NCBI GenBank assembly: GCA_016718035.1
Contig: JADKEK010000001.1
Span: 541,276-605,275 of the forward strand
Source of the DNA: Bacteroidota bacterium
GTDB lineage: Bacteria > Bacteroidota > Bacteroidia > Chitinophagales > BACL12
Direction: 5' to 3'
Length of the DNA: 64,000 nucleotides
The position numbers and the translations under genes are program-made. Numbering within the stretch: the first letter of the stretch is position 1; the number at the start of each line of letters is the position of its first letter. Positions 58,357-64,000 of the stretch are shown here, piece after piece. Below the pieces are notes generated by a model. The model made no database searches. It was not told where the DNA came from and worked only from the letters and a program-made list of their open reading frames with translations.

Positions 58357-59992
58357 CTATACTTGAATTACGCCCGGATTGAAGGCTTTCATTTCATCAT
58401 TGTTATTGGCCATTTCGATACCCATACTTACCCATTTTCTGGTATCTAGTGGGTCAATAATGCTATCTACCCACAAACGCGCAGCCGCATAATAGGGATC
58501 CATAGTTTCATTATAATGATTGAGAATATGGTCGAGCAGTTCTTTTTCTTTTTCTGCGGTAATTACTTCCCCTTTAGCTTTTAGCGAAGCCACTTGTATT
58601 TGTAACAACACTTTTCCGGCCTGTGCGCCACCCATTACCGCAATTTTTGCATTTGGCCAGGCAACAATTAATCGAGGATCATAGGCTTTACCACACATGG
58701 CATAATTACCTGCGCCAAAACTATTTCCGATAATAACCGTGAATTTTGGTACAACAGAATTAGCCACAGCATTTACCAGTTTGGCACCATCTTTAATTAT
58801 TCCGGCATGTTCACTTTTACTGCCTACCATAAATCCGGTAACATCCTGTAAAAACAATAACGGAATTTTTTTCTGATTACAATTCATAATAAAACGAGCA
58901 GCTTTATCCGCACTGTCATTATAAATTACCCCGCCAATTTGTAATTCCCCTTTTTTATTTTTTACTACTTTGCGTTGATTGGCAACAATTCCCACACTCC
59001 ATCCGTCAATGCGGCCAAGACCACACACTATTGTTTTACCATAAGCAGGTTTATATTCATCAAAAGCAGAATCATCAACCAAACGTTTAATAATGTCTAA
59101 TACATCATATTGTTTAGTGATTTCTTCAGGCATAATGCCATAAATTTCTTCCTCTTTTAATACAGGAGGTTTAGCTGCAACTCTGTCGAAACCGGCTTTT
59201 GGTTTTGCACCAATTTTATCCATGGTTTTGCGGATATGCGATAAACAATCCTCATCATTTTCAGCAGCATAATCGCAAATGCCTGAAATTTCTGTGGCTG
59301 TAATTGCACCGCCAAGTGTTTCGGCGTCAATATCTTCACCAATAGCAGCTTTTACTAAATATGGACCTGCTAAGAAAAATACTTCCTGTGTTTTTAACAA
59401 TGTACGCTTCATCGCTCATAATAGGCAAGTAAGCACCACCGGCAACGCAACTTCCCATAATGGCAGCAATTTGAGTAATACCCATGCTACTCATGATGGC
59501 GTTATTTCTAAATATTCGTCCAAAATGTTCTTTATCCGGAAAAATTTCATCTTGCAATGGTAAAAAAACACCTGCGCTATCAACCAGATAAATGATGGGT
59601 AATTTATTTTCAATAGCGATTTCTTGTGCACGCAAATTCTTTTTTCCTGTGATGGGAAACCAGGCACCTGCTTTAACTGTAGCATCGTTAGCCACAACAA
59701 TACATTGACGGCCTGCAACATATCCGATTTTTACTACCACACCACCACTTGGACATCCGCCATGTTCCTGATACATATTAAATCCGGTAAAAGCACCTAT
59801 TTCAATACAAGGTTTATCCTGGTCAAAAAGTAATTTGATGCGCTCACGAGCATGCAATTTGCCTTTTTCATGTAATTTATCAATAGATTTTTTTCCACCA
59901 CCTTCAGCAACTTTTGCCAATCGTTGTTTCATTGTTGCTACCAACAACTTCAATGCATCTTCATTTTTATTAAACGTGATATCCATAAACAA
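58357..59992 (-). pseudogene. Acyl-CoA carboxylase carboxyltransferase (beta) subunit, split by a homopolymer frameshift
   Basis: ORFs 59336-59992 and 58357-59412 are the N- and C-halves of one carboxyltransferase and lie in different frames. The join is ...GSIFL/AGPYLVKAAIGE at the plus-strand A5 run 59375-59379. A 4-nt run would restore the frame. Confidence 0.85.
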
Positions 59993-60108
59993 ATTTATTT
60001 CGGCAAGATACTTACTTTAGATAGTTATCTCTGCGCCTTGTGTAAAATTTCCTGCAAAAATAAGCACTTCATTTTAACCACTTTACTAACGCCTTCATCA
60101 TTTTTTGC

Positions 60109-60116
60109 TATTTTTG
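60109..60116 (+). promoter_or_regulatory. Bacteroidota-type -7 promoter box (TAnnTTTG) for the SRP RNA
   Basis: TATTTTTG ends 4-5 nt before the predicted RNA 5-prime end at 60121. Confidence 0.4.
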
Positions 60117-60120
60117 CGCC

Positions 60121-60216
60121 GGGCAAGTCCTATACGACCAGCTCCTGCTGAATCCCCCAGGCCCTGACCGGAGCAAGGGTAGGTGGTTGTAGCGGTGCGA
60201 TGTAGATCACTTGCCC
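60121..60216 (+). ncRNA. ffs: Small (4.5S-type) SRP RNA
   Basis: Closing helix gggcaagt pairs with acttgccc. Domain IV-like CCAGGCCC....GGAGCAAGG contains the AGCA motif, and GATGTAG lies on the 3-prime side as in E. coli 4.5S RNA. A T-rich tail follows. By my reading the apical loop is not a canonical GGAA. Confidence 0.7.
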
Positions 60217-60344
60217 TTTTTTATTTTTCATGACCGGTTGCCCATTAAACCTGTAGTTTCTTCATCGGTTGCCCGGTATTTGTTGAAAACCCAATGCGAT
60301 TTTACAAGATTACCTGCTAATTTTGCGGGAACGATTTAATTACT

Positions 60345-61001
60345 ATGAAATTTTTTATTGATACTGCAGACTTAAACGAGATAAAAGAAGCGGCAGCTTT
60401 AGGAATTCTCGACGGTGTTACCACCAATCCTTCATTAATGGCTAAAGTTGGCATCACTGGTGCTGATAATATCAAAAAACACTATGTTGACATTTGTAAT
60501 ATAGTTGATGGCGATATTAGTGCGGAAGTTATTTCCGTTGATTTCGACGGTATGGTGCGCGAAGCAAAAGAACTTTCTGCTTTGCATCCAAATATTGTTG
60601 TGAAGATACCTATGATTAAAGAAGGTATTAAAGCAATCAAATGGTGCACAGATAATGGTATCAGAACCAATTGCACACTGGTATTTTCTGCAGGTCAGGC
60701 AATTTTAGCAGCAAAAGCAGGTGCTACCTACCTTTCACCGTTTATTGGTCGTGTAGATGACATGAATTGGGATGGTATTCTATTGATAGAACAAATTGTA
60801 CATATTTACCGCATTTACGGTTTTGAGACTGAAGTTTTAGCAGCTTCTATCCGCAATCCATTGCATATTGTGCGTTGCGCCGAAGTTGGTGCCGACGTAG
60901 TTACTTGTCCGCTTAGTTCAATTCTTGGTTTGTTCAAACATCCTTTGACAGACTTAGGTTTAGCGCAGTTTTTAGCGGATTATAAAAAAGGTAACGGGTA
61001 A
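60345..61001 (+). CDS. fsa: Fructose-6-phosphate aldolase / transaldolase type 3B
   Basis: 218 aa with MKFFIDTADLNEIKEA..GVTTNPSL and the Schiff-base lysine region VVKIP. Confidence 0.85.
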   Translation: MKFFIDTADLNEIKEAAALGILDGVTTNPSLMAKVGITGADNIKKHYVDICNIVDGDISAEVISVDFDGMVREAKELSALHPNIVVKIPMIKEGIKAIKWCTDNGIRTNCTLVFSAGQAILAAKAGATYLSPFIGRVDDMNWDGILLIEQIVHIYRIYGFETEVLAASIRNPLHIVRCAEVGADVVTCPLSSILGLFKHPLTDLGLAQFLADYKKGNG

Positions 61002-61036
61002 CTTTTACCGATAATTTCTAAAATTCTTTTAATTAT

Positions 61037-61065
61037 AAGGCTCCAAAGCTTAGCTTTGGGGCCTT
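61037..61065 (+). terminator. Terminator-like hairpin after fsa
   Basis: aaggctccaaagc pairs with gctttggggcctt (13 bp, one G-U) around a 3-nt loop. The T tract is weak. Confidence 0.5.
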
Positions 61066-61175
61066 ATTCTATTAAATCAATAGAATAAAAGTAGCATTTC
61101 ATTTCGCAATTAGCCTTGCATCCTTAGCCGGAAAATGAAATGCTGCATTTAATATAACCTGTTAACCCATCTAAT

Positions 61176-62423
61176 ATGAACCGATTACCTTCCCACGAGG
61201 TATTGCCATTTTTATTGCTTGTTGCAACCTTATTACTTGCAGGCCGCTTATTAGGCGAATTATTTCGAAAATTGAAATTGCCTCAGGTAATGGGCGAGTT
61301 GGTTGCCGGTATTTTACTGGGACCGTCCTGTTTGCAAATGTTAGCCCCTGATTTTTACCAGTCATTTTTTGTGGACCCTAAGAATGCGGGCATTGCATTT
61401 GATGGCCTAGCTCGTATAGGCATTTTATTATTGTTATTTGTTGCGGGTCAGGAAATTAACCTCAAAACCATTCGTGCAAAGGCAAATGCAGCAGCAGCAA
61501 TCAGTTTATCGGGTATAGCCATTCCATTTATTGTAGGTTTTGCGGCAACATGGTTTTTTACACCCTTGTTATTTCCTGATGGCGTGGTGGATAAAACAGC
61601 TTCTTCTCTTTTTATGGGAACTGCATTGTCGATTACCGCATTATCGGTTTTGGCAAAAATATTAATTGATATCAAGCAGCTGAAAAGTAAGTTTGGTAAT
61701 TTGATGATGACAGCAGCGATGATAGATGATTTTATTGGTTGGATGTTATTTTCGTTGGTGGTGAGTGTTGCCAATTTAGAAAGCGAAAGCAGTTTTGAAG
61801 GATGGCAAGTAATGTTTATGGTAATTGGATTTGCCGCATTTATTTTAACTGTCGGTAGAAAATTAATTCACTACTCATTTATTTTTTCTAATAAACATTT
61901 ATCCAGTGGTGGTGGTACTTTATCGCTGGCGATCATATTTTGTATTCTCGGTGCGATATTTACCGAGTGGTTAGGTTTACACGCCATTTTCGGAGCGTTT
62001 TTAGTGGGGATTGCAGTTGGTGATACCGAAGAATTCAGTGGGAAAAACCGCGAAATGTTACACGATATTGTCACCTATATTTTTGCGCCTTTATTTTTTG
62101 TTTCGATTGGATTCAGAGTAAACTTTATTGAAAACTTTGATGGAGTAGTAATCGCGTTCGTATTATTGATAGCCGTTTTCGGAAAATTACTTGGCGGATT
62201 TTTGGGAGGATTATTAGGCAAATTTTCAAAAGGCGAATCATTGGCCATCGGTTTTGGTATGAATGCTCGCGGTTCGCAAGAAATTGTATTGGGTTTAATC
62301 GCATTAAATGCAGGCTTAATTACCGACCAAATATTTGTTGCGTTGGTAGTTATGACATTCGTTACCATCATGATTGCAGGTCCGGCGATACGCTACTTCC
62401 TTAAACGGGATAATATTTTTTAG
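61176..62423 (+). CDS. Cation:proton antiporter (CPA2/Kef-NapA type)
   Basis: 415 aa, about 12 transmembrane segments. The N-terminal LLLAGRLLGELFRKLKLPQVMGELVAGILLGPS block is typical of Na+/H+ exchanger family proteins. Confidence 0.8.
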   Translation: MNRLPSHEVLPFLLLVATLLLAGRLLGELFRKLKLPQVMGELVAGILLGPSCLQMLAPDFYQSFFVDPKNAGIAFDGLARIGILLLLFVAGQEINLKTIRAKANAAAAISLSGIAIPFIVGFAATWFFTPLLFPDGVVDKTASSLFMGTALSITALSVLAKILIDIKQLKSKFGNLMMTAAMIDDFIGWMLFSLVVSVANLESESSFEGWQVMFMVIGFAAFILTVGRKLIHYSFIFSNKHLSSGGGTLSLAIIFCILGAIFTEWLGLHAIFGAFLVGIAVGDTEEFSGKNREMLHDIVTYIFAPLFFVSIGFRVNFIENFDGVVIAFVLLIAVFGKLLGGFLGGLLGKFSKGESLAIGFGMNARGSQEIVLGLIALNAGLITDQIFVALVVMTFVTIMIAGPAIRYFLKRDNIF

Positions 62424-62559
62424 GATTTGTATTCCTGTGCAATGCAGCTGCTGCGCAGCTTTACAGGCAGTGTGGATAAATAGCCTTCAACGCATTTCGG
62501 TTTATTGGTAAAAAGTAATAATCTGGTATGATTTTTCGTTTTAAGCATCAAAAACCGGT

Positions 62560-63066
62560 ATGAAAAAGAAAATTGTTGGACTGTTATTTATCACCTCCGG
62601 AATCATCACACAAACATTTGCAGGTGGAGTAGAAGCGGATACATCTTTCAAAAAGAATAATCCTAATTTATTATATACCACCAAAGATTTTTACATAGAA
62701 GTTCCCAACAACTGTTACGATGGGAATGTATGTGTTCAGGATTTTTTCTTAATTCTCACATTTAATGTTGGTATTAACGGGAATAATGAAATAAAGCAAA
62801 TTGGCTTTAAAGATGCCGACATTGAATTTCTCTCCAAAACAGCAAGTGGGAAGTCGTATGTGAAACAAACATTTACGAAATACGAATCTACATCGGCTGA
62901 AAACGGATGGAATGTGAAAGTGGTGTTTTATCCTGATAAAGCAACCTCTACATCGCCAACTCCTGTAAATAAATTTGAATTTAACGGCAATATCAAACAG
63001 AATCATATTTCCGGGACACTCACGTTTTATTCGGCGGTTGGGCAATCGGTAATTACATTAAATTAA
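62560..63066 (+). CDS. Hypothetical secreted protein
   Basis: 168 aa with a signal peptide. I recognise no family. Confidence 0.5.
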   Translation: MKKKIVGLLFITSGIITQTFAGGVEADTSFKKNNPNLLYTTKDFYIEVPNNCYDGNVCVQDFFLILTFNVGINGNNEIKQIGFKDADIEFLSKTASGKSYVKQTFTKYESTSAENGWNVKVVFYPDKATSTSPTPVNKFEFNGNIKQNHISGTLTFYSAVGQSVITLN

Positions 63067-63084
63067 TTTGTTTAAGTATAAAAA

Positions 63085-63120
63085 AATAGGCTGCCTTTTT
63101 TAAGACAGCCTATTTTTTAT
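63085..63120. terminator. Bidirectional terminator between convergent genes
   Basis: aataggctg pairs with cagcctatt, flanked by an A run upstream and a T run downstream. Confidence 0.65.
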
Positions 63121-63135
63121 TTTTATAAGTGGCGA

Positions 63136-64000
63136 TTAAAATGCATCCACTGTTTTTTTAATAATGGCAATACATTCTTCCATTTGTTCGATATCGATAA
63201 CTAATGGAGGAGCAAATCTGATTTTATCGCCATGTGTAGGTTTTGCCAATAATCCGTTTTCTTTTAATGCCAGACAAAAATCCCAGGCATTTTTTCCGTG
63301 ATAATCATTGTTTACCACAATGGCATTCAATAATCCTTTACCACGAACAACTTTAATGAAATCGGGATTCATGGTTGATAGCGCATCGCGTAACATCTGT
63401 CCCATTTTTTCTGCATTTTCTGCCAATTTTTCTTCAACTAACACCTGCATTGCAGCTATTGCAACAGCACAAGCGAGCGGGTTGCCACCAAATGTAGAGC
63501 CATGTTCACCAGGTTTTATGGTGAGCATAATTTCATCATCGGCTAAAACAGCACTTACTGGCATTGTTCCACCGCTGAGTGCTTTTCCTAAAATGAGGAT
63601 ATCGGGACGAACATTTTCATGATCGCAAGCCAACATTTTACCTGTTCTTGCAAGGCCGGTCTGAATTTCATCTCCAATAAAAAGGACATTAGCAGCTTTA
63701 CACATTTCATAGGCTGAAGATAAAAATCCTTCGTCCGGAACATAAACACCTGCTTCACCCTGAATAGGTTCTACCAGGAAACCGGCTACGTTAGGGTCTT
63801 TTAGGGCATTTGCCAAGGAAGCAAGGTCGTTGTAAGCAACCACTTCATAACCCGGAATAAAAGGACCAAAGCCGGATGTTGAATCCGGATCGGTGCTGAA
63901 AGAGATGATACCCGTGGTTCTGCCATGGAAATTGCCATCACAAACCAATATTTTCGCCATGTTTGATGGCACTCCCTTCACATCGTAAGCCCAACGGCGA
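63136..64000 (-). CDS. rocD: Ornithine aminotransferase (class III PLP aminotransferase), 5-prime end beyond the window
   Basis: [25 protein letters not shown] and LGKALSGG (PLP lysine) blocks. The frame stays open to 64000 (…[11 protein letters not shown]…), so the gene is partial. Confidence 0.85.
   Translation of the reverse strand, partial: RRWAYDVKGVPSNMAKILVCDGNFHGRTTGIISFSTDPDSTSGFGPFIPGYEVVAYNDLASLANALKDPNVAGFLVEPIQGEAGVYVPDEGFLSSAYEMCKAANVLFIGDEIQTGLARTGKMLACDHENVRPDILILGKALSGGTMPVSAVLADDEIMLTIKPGEHGSTFGGNPLACAVAIAAMQVLVEEKLAENAEKMGQMLRDALSTMNPDFIKVVRGKGLLNAIVVNNDYHGKNAWDFCLALKENGLLAKPTHGDKIRFAPPLVIDIEQMEECIAIIKKTVDAF

Noticed and set aside
59375-59379. Programmed ribosomal frameshifting or phase variation at the four homopolymer breaks
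   Set aside because: The runs are only 5 nt and occur in unrelated core genes. They need both plus-one and minus-one corrections, and they lack slippery-heptamer or downstream-structure context. Technical error is more likely, and I flagged this as a finding to be checked.

Overview
This is a 64-kb chromosomal window from an AT-rich Bacteroidota-type genome. Evidence for that placement: several T9SS C-terminal sorting domains, a TonB-dependent receptor, many lipoprotein-type signal peptides, and a TAnnTTTG-type promoter box. It holds about 50 protein genes, mostly housekeeping, transport and glycan catabolism. These include pnuC plus a NadR-like kinase, prfC, arfB, yhhQ, dnaG, a btuFCD-like ABC importer, msrB, an ABC-F protein, kup, ubiX, a five-gene N-glycan degradation operon, an acyl-CoA carboxyltransferase, fsa and rocD. 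RNA elements are a TPP riboswitch in front of the TonB-dependent receptor, a cobalamin riboswitch in front of the B12-type uptake locus, and a small SRP RNA. The clearly accessory segment is 18.6-25.9 kb. It carries a same-strand cluster of predicted nucleic-acid-targeting genes: a CBS-like/HEPN fusion, DUF262, a HEPN-like gene, and a PLD-SF2 helicase-DUF3427 fusion. It is followed by a probably truncated resident ORF, an orphan MNT antitoxin with a decapitated HEPN toxin, and a 3.5-copy 214-bp tandem repeat. I rank this cluster as the best candidate for an undescribed defence system. The intergenic DNA is unusually structured. It contains inverted arms with phased CTTNG pentamers, a second family of AACAGCC-ended elements, a repeat module anchored on stop codons, G-quadruplex-type tracts just after stop codons, and CTCATCC arrays just before start codons. 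Caveat: four genes are broken at 5-nt homopolymers and dnaG also carries an in-frame TAG, so assembly error must be excluded before reading biology into the pseudogenes. No tRNA, rRNA, CRISPR array, integrase or transposase was seen. All domain assignments come from reading motifs by eye, and no database search was run.
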